The notes beneath the pieces were generated by a model. The model saw only the letters and a program-made list of their open reading frames with translations. It had not been told where the DNA came from and made no database searches. A DNA stretch of 55,401 bases, filler included, from Sphacelaria rigidula (Eukaryota), in the NCBI GenBank assembly GCA_964200075.2. It is 3 parts of 3 records of this genome, joined end to end, with 100 filler letters (N's around TTAATTAATTAA, not from the genome) between each part and the next. Parts side by side here need not be neighbours in the genome. Positions count along the whole stretch, not along the records: positions 1 to 18,406 come from CAXNAA020000865.1; positions 18,507 to 36,908 come from CAXNAA020000866.1; 1 more part is not named here. One strand, written 5' to 3'. A program made the translations under genes and the position numbers. Positions 13,891 through 24,899 of this stretch are shown here, piece by piece. Position 1 is the first letter of the stretch; each line of letters begins with the position of its first letter.

Positions 13891-14046
13891 CGAAGTAGGT
13901 CACTCCAGGGTGTTAAACTCCGCCTAGCTGGTCTTTTTTTAGGGCGCGAAACAGCGTAGGAGGTGAAAAAAAGGCCGTTTCCCACAAAATATGTTATTCG
14001 CCATAATAATAGTAAGAACCGCCCTTACTTAGGCGAGACAGAAGTT

Positions 14047-14357
14047 TTATTTTCACTATTCACGTGTCGCACTTTGCACCCCTCCCCTCCCTCGGGACGA
14101 GTCCGTGGTCTTAAGGGATCAACTTATCTCTCCCCGGTAAACGCGTTGCATTTCGGTCTCGCGGATTGGGTCAGCACTCCCGCACCGCGTCAACTCTCGC
14201 CAAACAAACTCAGCTCACTACTTTTATTTACTCACGTTTTCACGCTTCCCTCGGTGGAAATCATTTATTACGAAGGAAAAACCCGACGCATCGGGAATCG
14301 AACCCATCCGTTCTCTCCACCCTAATGGTGACGTCGGACCAGTAGACCACCGTGGCA
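14047..14357 (-). mobile_element. tRNA-derived SINE family B
   Basis: A box tggtctactgg, B box ggttcgattccc. The 3' part (gcggtgcgg..tgctgac...cccttaagaccacggactc) is shared with 22030-22305. Confidence 0.8.
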
Positions 14358-14650
14358 CGGCGGCAACTGAACTTCTTCTACATTTACGCTGATTGACGAG
14401 GATAATCGGAAATATGCGCTGGATGCTACATATGACTAACAAGAGCTCTCCTTCGAGCTGCTCCTCGACTGGCACGGCGAAGTATTCTCAATGGAACGCC
14501 AGTTGATCGATTGAATAGGATTTGTGATTCTCTGACTTTTCAATCTCAATCGAATGAAACAAAGCTAGATACTTGATCCGGCGAAAATGTTGTCAACAGT
14601 GGTAGTAGTAGAGGACCAGTGATGTTCGTCATAATAATATTACATGCAAA

Positions 14651-15051
14651 CACGCGGCCATTTGCCTACCCCCAAAAATCCCTTTACAAGAAATATGATC
14701 CCTCTGGAGGGAGAAAGGCTCTGGGTGAGTACAATCCCTCTGGGTGCGTACAATCCCTCTGGAGGCTGAATACTGTAGTGTAAACCCACAGGGATTAGAC
14801 ACCGCTAGAGGAATAGCCCACACAAAATCACTCTAGAAGAAGAGGGAGGGAGATGGAGCCCCCCTAATGAGGTTATGTGCACTTTGGAGGATTCAAAACA
14901 ACGTGAAATTCCTCTGAAGCTCACTAATCCCTCTGAAGCTCACTAATTCCTCTAGCGATTAAATAGCTCCACGGACACAATTAATTGACCCCTCTGAAGG
15001 GGACCATGATATTGTGAAGGGAGTTTTGGGGTATAGCCAAATGGCCGCGTG
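14651..15051. mobile_element. Second MITE of the CACGCGGCCATTT family
   Basis: About 38 bp TIR; internal cctctggagg / cctctgaag repeats. Confidence 0.8.
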
Positions 15052-15537
15052 TGCATTCTATACGCATACATATATACGCGAAGCCATTCTAGTGTCCGAC
15101 ACAAGCCTCACTGCTACTACACGCTGGGTCGGCTAAGGAAACAACAGAACACACAATAAATCGTGTCACCTTGTCCATGATATATTGAACGGCACTGAAT
15201 CAGGGCAAGCTGAGCATTTATTTCGTTGTTGTCGGCTAGTCGGGGCGGCCACGCGCAGCCCCCAACCCTAGGAGTCGGCCAAGTTGGTGTTGTTGTGAAC
15301 CCAATCGCGTCTCTGTGTACACACTATTTTTGTATGTATATTAGGTTCTTATGTCGGCTGTTCTGAAAATTTCACGATGATCAATATATATATATATATA
15401 CTCCTAAATTTCCCGAACTTTAGCATGGCCGCGTCTTGTAGCTCCCGAGGCCAGAAGAAAAAAGCGGTGAAGGTCTCACTCTGTGACTCATCGTCGTTCG
15501 AAATGTGTTACACCCGAAACTCCTTGTATCATTTTCG

Positions 15538-15906
15538 ATGTGTATGTGTTGCCCTCCCATCTATTCTGGACGCCAATCTAAACCTTCTGGCATAATATGT
15601 GAGCGCATCAGCTGGGGACATAAAGGAGGAAAGCCAACACAGGAGGTTATCTGTTTTTTTTCGTTTCAGTACTCCACCTTCCGTCTGAAGTGTTTGCCTC
15701 GTTCTTTATCGTGAGAGGGGTTCAGCAGTCTATTTCCTTCGTCGACCGTGAAGTAGAATTCTGCGTACCCATGACATGGACGCTCTCCACTGTCGGGGCA
15801 TGGTGTGCGCAAAAATCCCAGATCGTGTGACTTAACCGAGATGCGAACCCACGGCCCAACAGTCAGAAGGTTTCGAGGGTGCCAACCGAGCCACCGGGGC
15901 GACCGG
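15538..15906 (-). mobile_element. SINE family A copy
   Basis: Same head (ccggtcgccccggtggctcggttgg), body and tail. Confidence 0.88.
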
Positions 15907-17060
15907 CTTATGAAAAGCGACAATCTTCTTCGTGCAAATGTCTACAAATATCGCCGCGCGCTGCTCAACTTTTTCAAGTTCGAACCTGAAAACCCGACAC
16001 GTGACTTGCAAGCTAAATTCAATTTCGTTCTTCCCTCCCACTCTTGCTACTCTGCAGTGCATTTTCCGTCCGTGTCGTGATTGTTTAGTGCCCAAGCGAC
16101 GGCCCAAGGGACAACATCGAAGAATAAGTGTTGGGGTGTCCGACCATCGTTCGCTGGTAATCGTTATTACTGTAGGTACCTGGCGTGTTTTCCTTCATGG
16201 CTACTTGTGTTTTTTCGCCCATCTCTACATGCCACTTGACACAACACTCCTGCGGAACGATATTCAATTTCTATCCCGTCGGGTTGACCAGAAGACTGAA
16301 TCTCCTTCGAGGCACACATCACCCAGATGCCCTCCCATATGTTATCCACCAAACGATCGAGAGTGATTGTTCGCCGTTTGGTAGAAAGCGAGATAGAGAT
16401 ACAGCAGATACTGTAGATATAGGACTGCCCCCACCAGTACCTGTACGGGATGGGCGTTCCTGCAGGGAGCTAATCCACGACACGGGCAAAATAATATATA
16501 ATGCGGCTCGCGGAACCCGTTTATTCTTCAAGACACCTACTTCCAGTTCCCGCATGTATGATTATGGAGGACGATGCCGCGATAGCCCCCCCCCGGGAGA
16601 AGTGGCTGGATTGAGGAGGCAAAATCTACCTGTTAATCAAAATGACAAAAGCCGAGCACAGCATGCAGCTGATGAGAACTCCCACGCTTCGGATGATTTT
16701 TGCCAACGTTGCCCACATGAGGCGCTTCACGCACTCTGAAACCAGCAGTCATGCGCTTCATCGCCACTTTGCTCGCGACAGGTTTGGGGGGGGGCTATCG
16801 GCAGCGTCACTCAGAGGTATGCATCACTATACACTGTGCACTCAGGTGTCTCGGCCAAAACAGAGTGTGCAAATAGTCGTGCCAATTACTGTATATTAGT
16901 GTCGAGATGCATTCAGTGACGGCTGCATATATATATATATATATATACGCCCTGACAGTCATTGCAACATAGACGGCGTCTAACGAGATAAAGACTAATA
17001 TGAAGGACACATCGATGGCATTTAGGCGTCCCCTGCACATGGCTACGTAAATATATTGTA

Positions 17061-17330
17061 TGTGTTGTTTTTGTGTTGTCGTCCCATCTATTCTAGACTC
17101 AGGTCTACACCTTTCGGTATATGTGGGCGCACCAGCCGGGGTCACACAGGGGGAAGGTCAACACAGGAGCTTTTTATTCTTCATTTTTTTAGTACCCCAA
17201 ATTTCCTTCTGCGGTGCTTGCCTGTATTTTTTATCGCGAGAGGGGTTCAGCAGTCCCTTTCCCTCGTCGACCGTTAAGTCGAATTTGGTGTACCCACGAC
17301 ATAGACGCTCTCCGCTGTTGGACATGGTAT
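17061..17330 (-). mobile_element. SINE family A copy, 5'-truncated (no tRNA head)
   Basis: Body and 3' end match; similarity stops near 17330. Confidence 0.85.
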
Positions 17331-17942
17331 TGTACTGTTGCGTCTGTTTGTCATGTTCTAGCGGTGCTGCGATGTTGTGATGTCGCATACCAGAATACAG
17401 ACACCCTACACGCCTGAATGAAGACGACAAGGTAATACCTACCGTTGACAGCGGGGCTGAGCGGGGGTGAAGGACTGTGGGGCTGCGCAGTCACTGATGA
17501 GCACTGGAGATGGTGAACGAAGATAGATTTTCGCACGTACCGTGAATATGTGAAGAAATATGGTCTCAACTATCACCGACGCCATTTATGCTTTACATGA
17601 TAGATAGACACTCGAGCATGATTTTTACCAGAAGTTCCCTAATCATGAAAAAATTAGCTTTGAACGGGATACAAGAGCAGTAGATAGTTCGAACACTTGT
17701 ATCGAGGCCCTCACAGACTACCGAAGTCTTACAAGCGACTAGTCGAGAGCTATAACTGACCACCATGGCAAAATCGACCCCCCACCCGAGACTTCTTCCG
17801 TAAAAGTATTATACTTTTGGAGCAACACACCATATAGGACTCCAATCAAGACCTTATCTGTAAACTATTACATTTTCGCACCAACTACATCACCAAGCCT
17901 GCTGTCTCCTTCCTCCTCGCGCGCTCGAACACTGTCACCCAA

Positions 17943-18264
17943 CTACAAGGACGGACTACTACCACTTGCATCCTCGGGCACCTTGGAACACACAAATAAC
18001 GCCCACAACGGCCCATCTTCAACTGGACCCGCCTGTTCTCCATCATCCCCCGTGCCACCAACTGCGGCTGTTCGGAAAGGATTGGAACCGTCACTGCGGC
18101 CGCCTGTGCTGACCGCCGTCACACTGATACCCACGTCCCTCGCCCCCGAGGAAAAGCAATCGACGAACTCTCTAATCGTTTTAAATACACCCCCAGACTC
18201 CATGGCCAACATCATACCCTCAGGGCGTACCAGCGGAGCCACGGTTCTTGCTATGCGAGCATGC
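17943..18264 (-). CDS. Probable terminal exon of a host gene, weakly methyltransferase-like (HARIARTVAPLVRPEGMMLAMESGG...)
   Basis: Pyrimidine-rich acceptor ttttgtgtccacag|, open frame to TAG at 17943. LVRPEG..L..E resembles the L.PGG motif of class I SAM methyltransferases. Upstream exons would lie beyond the spacer. Confidence 0.5.
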
Positions 18265-18406
18265 CTGTGGACACAAAATACAAGGATTGAAAGAGAGAGG
18301 AAGGAGGGGAGGGGGGGGGGGGGGGGGGAGGCTTCAGAACAGGGATGGCGGAGTGCACAGTAAATTGACTTAGCTTCCCTGAAAAACGGGGAGGGAGCGC
18401 GGCGGG

Positions 18407-18506
18407 NNNNNNNNNNNNNNNNNNNNNNNNNNNNNNNNNNNNNNNNNNNNTTAATTAATTAANNNNNNNNNNNNNNNNNNNNNNNNNNNNNNNNNNNNNN
18501 NNNNNN
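18407..18506. other. Artificial contig spacer
   Basis: 44 N + TTAATTAATTAA (stops in all six frames) + 44 N. Confidence 0.97.
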
Positions 18507-18519
18507 CTTCACGGGGCGA

Positions 18520-18720
18520 CGGAACCCTGTGATGCAGCCTATTCATGACCACTGTAGAGAAACCCTGTGAAGAGGAACCCTGTCATGCACACTATTCATG
18601 GCCACTGTAGGGAAACCCTGTGGAGCGTCCTGTGCTACGCTGGAAAGCACTGTACAGTAAAATTCCGGCCAGAAACACTGCGCAAGGTACGTAAACCCTG
18701 TAGACCCCCTGAACAGGGTG
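18520..18720. repeat. Cluster of AACCCTGT / ATTCATGRCCACTGTAG short repeats at a contig end
   Basis: Five aaccctgt units; likely a transposon subterminal array. Confidence 0.6.
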
Positions 18721-18875
18721 CTATCTGTCCACGCGTGTGGTATGGACAATCATTAGAGGATGATGAAAAAAATATACATGGACCCAAAGTTTTCTTCATG
18801 ATTTAACGGCATTTTACTGAAACCTGACACCTGATCATTGCCTTCAACTCATGAAAAGCAAAACCTTGTTTCAGA

Positions 18876-20424
18876 AGAGAGTTTCGGAAGATTTTGTTTC
18901 TGGTCATGGAGTAAGAGTGCAGAGTGGAAGCGTTGAAACTTCAGAGTGGACGCTAAAACGTTCATAGCGGAAGCTGATGTGACGTGACTTGATGTGGACT
19001 CTTTTTCCCCGCAGTGATTGGCTGCAGGTTGTGCCGCCAAATAAATGTGCGATCGCCCAGCGTGCAGTCAGGTGCAGTCCGAAAATGCACTAGTCAACAC
19101 AGCATTTGCTGTACCATACCCTGCGGCATCGTACGTGCCGTACACCACGCTTCATTGCACCTGTAGTACTTCAATCCACCACGGTGCACCACAGGGTACT
19201 GTAGTGCTGTAGGGCTGTGCAGTGAAGAGTATAGCCAGTGCGGTATAGAGAGTGCGATGCAGAACCCTACAACAACACATCGCGGTACGGTGAACTACAG
19301 CGATGCCGTACAGACAGTCTGTTGTGCAGTCATACAGCAGCACAACAGTACAGTAGTAGGCAGCACTTTCAAACAACAGACAAGGCCGCATCGTGATGAT
19401 TTCCCAACATGCCACCCATGAGTGTGGTGCAAGAAGTCATTACCTCTAACGAAAAAGGAATGTAGCCAGGTGTAGTACTGCTTGAGCGTTGTAGACTACG
19501 AATCGTTTACACCGTCTTATTACAGCTGAGGCTCGAAAAAATGAGGAACTGCACCCAAGGCAACGGCGTGTATCCGCCGAGCATTTGAATTTTCACTCAG
19601 CACAACCAAGTGGATGCTGAAACCGTGGCAGCGTCAGGGAGGTCTCCTAATTACGATGCAAAGCGTTTCTACTTCGTGACTGCTCCATTGTGATGAACAT
19701 GATCGTTACGACTCTCCTACTCTAACCTTGACTATTATACTGTACAGCGATACCGTACAGAGAGTCAGTTGTACAAACAACTTTAGTACAGACAGTACGG
19801 TACGCAGCACTTTCAAACGGCAGACCTCGGCCGCATTGCGATAATTTCTCCACGTGCACCACCCATAACGGTGGTGCAACACGTCATGATCTCTCACGGG
19901 ATGAGAATACAGCCAGGTGTAGTATTGCTTGTGTACTGTAGACTACGAATCGTTCCCACCGTCTTCTTCCAGCTGAGGCTGGCAAGAGTGAGGAACTGCA
20001 CGTAAGTCAACGTGTGCCCGTCGAGCATTTGAATATTCACGCAACACAACCAAGCAAATGCTGATACCATCGCGGCGTCAGGGAGGTCCTCTGATTGTCA
20101 TGCCAAGCTTTTCTACTTCGTGAATGGCTCATTGTGATGAGTATGGCAGTTTTGATGGATGATGAATGTCCCACTTTGCTTGTTAGGGTGTGTTGACTTT
20201 GAATTGGACGTGACCACGGCGGTGAAGGTGGGCGTGGTTCTTGCACATTCCGCTGTGAGCTCTGAAGAGGAACAACGGTTTTCAGAGTGAAGGGGTGCAA
20301 ATGGCATTCTGACTCTAAAAAAATCGCTCTCAAAACAAATTCAAAGCGGAAAGTGCATCGTTACCGGCTATTTTTTCTTTCACTCTGACTCTAAGATTTG
20401 AAAAAGCATTTTCCGAAACTCTCT
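18876..20424. mobile_element. Old TIR element enclosing a ~445 bp tandem duplication
   Basis: agagagtttcggaa / ttccgaaactctct (14 of 14, then degenerate); no target duplication seen. Confidence 0.4.
19297..20145. repeat. Diverged tandem duplication, period about 445 bp
   Basis: gcagcactttcaaac at 19360 and 19804; tgtagactacgaatcgtt and tttctacttcgtga occur in both units. Confidence 0.9.
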
Positions 20425-20757
20425 AGTATGCCTTACTTATTGTCCGTTCCAAATCGTGGGGCCCAACTCTGAAAAATAAGGTAAGTATGGGCCGTTTAAG
20501 GACCGGATCGATCGGAAAACATTCGGAACAGTATTTTGCAGGCCGCTTACCGGTCCACGTTTGGTACTTGTGTATTGTGGGAACTCGCTAGGGCATAATG
20601 AAGAAAAAAAAAAAGTGGGCCAATTTTGTTTTGTTTTCTTCCACACTGTGGTCTAGGGCGTTTTAGTATGGCAACGACCATTTTTTCACGAGAACGCCCG
20701 AAGCTCTCCCAAGAACAAAATGAAGGCATTTTGTTCTTTATTTAGCATACCGTATCC

Positions 20758-21225
20758 AACACTAAATTCGTGAGATTCAGAGTGTAGTTTCAGATTCAGT
20801 CAGGATTTCAAACGGAAGAACTGTTTTGTTTGTGATCGATTCTTATGCGAAACAGTCCGCGTCACTAATCCGCCAACATTGGAGGCTGTGAAAACACGCA
20901 CGTTCATTACTCGGATTGGTTGATTTGTACCGCGAACTGTTTTGCATGAGAATCGACCACGAAGAAAACAGTTCTTCCGTTTGAAATCCGAACGTTCCAA
21001 ACGGAAGAACTGTTTTCTTCGTGGTCGATTCTCATGCAAAACAGTTCGCGTCACAAATCAACCAATCCGAGTAATGAACGTGCGTGTTTTCACAGCCTCC
21101 AATGTTGGTGGATTAGTGACGCGAACTGTTTCGCATGAGGATCGACCATAAAGAAAACAGTTCTTCCGTTTGAAATCCTGACTCTGAATCTGAACCTGCA
21201 CTCTGAATCTCACGAATATAGTGTT
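20758..21225. mobile_element. Nested fold-back element (about 230 bp arms, each arm itself an inverted repeat)
   Basis: Near-perfect palindrome centred near 20990; ATCC on both flanks. Confidence 0.85.
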
Positions 21226-21662
21226 ATCCCCGCATACTGCCAGCCTTGCAGCCTTGGCTTGTTTGCATCCTCCTCTCCTCACGGGGAGTCTGCTGCTGCA
21301 TATTACACAGATGAATGGTTTTCGAATCGCTCGCCGCTTTTAATGAGATATGTTTAATTACATCTAAAACTCGTAGCTCTTCAATGTAAGGGGTCACATT
21401 TTCTACAATTTTACTCGTTTTGCAACAACAAGCCAAATAATGCAATTGTTCTCGCCTCCGGCGGCGCTCCCGCGGGGCATCCTCACCAGCTGGGGGCGGT
21501 CGTTTGCGGCTCGCAGTTTCGCCGCTTCTTAAATGGGGAAAAATCGGTGTACTGGCCGCTGGCGCGGCCAGTTTAAACTTAATTGGCCAGAGCAGTCAGT
21601 ACGCAGTCCTATTTTTCGGCAAAATTTTGCTTGTACGCGTAAAACGCTGCTCATGTGCGGCT

Positions 21663-21780
21663 TGTAATGCGTGAGAGGACCTCGTGCTTAGGGGACCGCA
21701 TCGTAGTTCAAAACACTTCAGGGTCGACGCTTTTAAAAAACAATCGGGCTTCTGAGCACGCGGTCCTCTCACGCATTACA
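21663..21780. mobile_element. TGT...ACA MITE (Ginger-like), 118 bp
   Basis: 26 bp TIR (25 of 26) tgtaatgcgtgagaggacc; flanks ggct / gcct. Confidence 0.75.
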
Positions 21781-22029
21781 GCCTAACAAAAAGGGGCCAA
21801 ATCTCGAGAAGCGTTGGAGCCCCAACTCGCATTTTTCTGTCTCCGGCGATTCCCCCTTAACAGCCGCTGAGGGATGTTGTAGCTAGGGCTTTCGTCTCAT
21901 TTAACGCTTGAAGTCGTTACCGCAACGACACATGTGTTGAGGAGATATAATAGTGGTAATCTGGCTCACGCCCGACTAGAGAAGAAACAGAAATACCAGG
22001 GAGACCCGAAGTATTACCCTGCACTGCGG

Positions 22030-22305
22030 CGCTCTGGTCTAACGGTACAACAGCCACGACTGAAGCAGGGAAAACGCGGGTTCGATTCCCGCCAGAATCA
22101 TCTCGTACTGCGGCTCCGTTCTCATGAGTTCAGATGACATCGTTGAGAACGTAACGACGTGAACAGCAAACAGTGTCTATTAGCTGAATTGCGGTCGATG
22201 CGGTGCGGAAATGCTGACACAAGGCGCGATGCTAAAATGTAAGGCTTGTTGCGAGGGAGAGACGCGTTGACCCCTTAAGACCACGGACTCCTCCCAAGAG
22301 AGTGA
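22030..22305 (+). mobile_element. tRNA-derived SINE family B, diverged copy
   Basis: tggtctaacgg and ggttcgattccc boxes; shared 3' region with the 14 kb copy. Confidence 0.75.
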
Positions 22306-22324
22306 ATATACTGTGACGGTTCAA

Positions 22325-22388
22325 GAGACAACCAACTAGTCTACTGACCAGTCAGTGCTGACTGGTCAGTATAATAGTTGGTTGTCTC
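22325..22388. repeat. 64 bp near-perfect palindrome
   Basis: 31 bp arms, 29 of 31 complementary, 2 nt centre. Confidence 0.9.
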
Positions 22389-22435
22389 AAACCGCCCCCT
22401 TCCTTCTTCATTAGCGATTCGCAACCAACAACGTT

Positions 22436-22721
22436 TTCGTGAGATTGAGAGTAGAGAGCGCTGATTGACAGTGGATTTGGTCAATCGCTCTAACTTGGCC
22501 AAGCTTTTATTTCGTGTGTGGTTTTCTTTGCCTCTATCACTAGCGGGTGCTTATAGCTACATGTCGATATCCTACTCGGGGACACCAAGGACCTCAGTGG
22601 CGAGCTACTACAGAAAGCATATCGGGCCTCTTCGAGGGGCATTTCGGAACTAAAACGATTTATTTACTAACTGACCGCTCTTCACTCTCAATCGTATCCT
22701 CTTTACTCTCAATCTCATGAA
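22436..22721. mobile_element. MITE with termini related to the 20758 element
   Basis: ttcgtgagattgagagtagagag / ctctttactctcaatctcatgaa. Confidence 0.7.
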
Positions 22722-22723
22722 TA

Positions 22724-22930
22724 TCATGTTAACCGCTGTTCGTAATCGAGATAGGCCCTGAAAAACTTGCGACAAGCTGTTTCGTCCCACCCTTTATTAT
22801 ATTGCGGCGGATGTAACGTCTGACCCAATACCAGTAGTGTTGCTGTCGCTTGAGCCATGCCTGACTTGAGCGTCGCCAGCGGAGCTTTCTCGAAACAAAC
22901 GCTGGTCTTGCTGCAAGCTGCTCCTCTCAT
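22724..22930 (-). pseudogene. Possible Ty3/gypsy gag N-terminal remnant, cut by the 22436 MITE
   Basis: HPPQYNKGWDETACRKFFRAYLDYEQRL resembles stramenopile gypsy Gag starts from memory. No LTR or PBS confirmed. Confidence 0.35.
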
Positions 22931-24899
22931 TTAAACCAAGTGCTTTCAGCACTACTCCTTGGGCACAAACCGTACCGGCTGCCCGTCTCGTACCTCAGCC
23001 CAAACTTCTCCAAACAGAGTGCCGAAAAATATCTAGATATTATAGCCTCTGTCAGACGATCTGGACAAGAGGGCTATTCAGTGAAGGACTTCTCCAGAAT
23101 CCACTGGCCTCACGCTCGATAAGAACTTCTCTTAGAGCTTCCATTCACGACGTAAGCAACAGCAGCCCACTGGCTACACATCAAAGGCTAGGCGGTGAGG
23201 GTCATCATCCACAGTGTACTATGTCATATAATCATCATACAGTATCCTACACGTTAAACGCAACGGCTTGGCACCATTTTGGGCTACAATACTCATGAGA
23301 AGGGGAGGGTTAGAAGTGAGACTCTCTCTATATATATACATGTATGTAAATGTTCATCTGGGTCTACAGAGAGCACTTCGACACACATGGATGACCATGT
23401 ATTGCGGTGTTGGTACCGTTGTGCAAATATTACTGTGTATCGGTGAAACGGACCAACGACCAGCGTCACTGATAACTATCCACATCTCCACAACGCCATG
23501 GATGATTTTGTAACACCTGATTGGTGAGTCGAGATGAAACGAGGGGACAGCCGCTCGCTTTTGTCGGTATTTTTTGTTCATCGCGTACTCTCCACGCGTG
23601 CAAATCCTGTTTTTAGGACGAACTTCCAGGTCACAAGCGCCAACACAATGCATCAAAGGGCTTTTGGTACGATGAGTGAAACCTATGATCACGATAATGG
23701 TAGACTCTTTTTGACAACGCTGTTTCGCCATAGGTGGCACGTAGCATATCTATTCTACCTGTAGAACTTTCGCCGGAGGTGCTTTTACACCACCCCAGCA
23801 CCACTTCTCGTCGAAGTCGAAGAGTCAGGAGCTGAGCTGTTAGTGTCGGTGAGAACAATTAGAAACATTGTTGCTCCGGTCCACGACTGGGGTCTGCAGA
23901 GGCATCCAGTATGGATGGGTACGATACATTGAAACTCACAAACTTTCAGGGTGATGGGCGAATTTCGAGCTGTGCGACCAAGAGGAAGTCGAGTCTCTAC
24001 AATTGTCGGAAGGTCGACATTACGCGGTGATAATGACCATTTTCGGAGCTCTTGGCCAACCCAGCCTGTACTTCTTGTTCCAACCATCGAATATATATAT
24101 ATATATATGTGTGTGTGTGCTTAGAGTGGTTCTACGGTAGGGGTGCACATTTATTTTCTGGGGCTCTGCACTGACAGTCGGAGCGTCCGGATGACAAACA
24201 TTTGGGCCTTAGTGTGCAGCCTCAGATAGCTTTCGGACAAAAAGTGCACCCCTCCCGTGGAATCCCTCCTTAGCTTGGAGTCCATCGGTCGCAAGCTGAA
24301 GCAGCGTGTCTATTCCTTGACGAAAAGTTCATCACTCCAAACTAGGTCTTTTCGAAAATGTATGATGACATTTTTTCACGCAGATGGCAATTCTTCGCCT
24401 CATATCCGACCAACGCTTGTCAAACAAAGTACCCTGTACCGCGATGGACCGTGGCTACCTCTCAAGGTTTCATGCGTCGAGCGTGAGTTTATGCAGGTGC
24501 CGGGGGGCATGAGTCAAAATGTCGAGCGCGGGTTTCCAATGGTGACACATCACAACGTTGGACATTTCATCTGACTCGTATGATATTTTTCACCGCGGCA
24601 GCCTCGCTCAAAAACGCCGAAAATGAGCGTCTTCGATCTTCTTGACAAAGGACAGAGAGACGAAGGAAATAAAGTGAAGAAGATTGGAGGTGTAGGTGAC
24701 GCGGACCTATGCCATGTGTTTCTCCCAATCTCACTCAGTCTCGCTGGCCAAATGTTTCGATGAGGCCGTGTTTTTTATAGAAGAAGAAAGTAGCCCGACA
24801 AAATTTTGCAAGAAATCTGGTTTGTCCACAGCCAGTTTGGGTCCAGAATAGAAAACATATATACGGAATTTGGGAAGCACAGCGGTTTTTTTAGCACCG

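Noticed and set aside
17490-17530. Hammerhead-like CTGATGAG...CGAAG
   Set aside because: GAAG instead of GAAA, poor stem II, no stems I or III.
21529-21860. TTAA-flanked, Kolobok-like element
   Set aside because: Terminal match too short and gapped to support.
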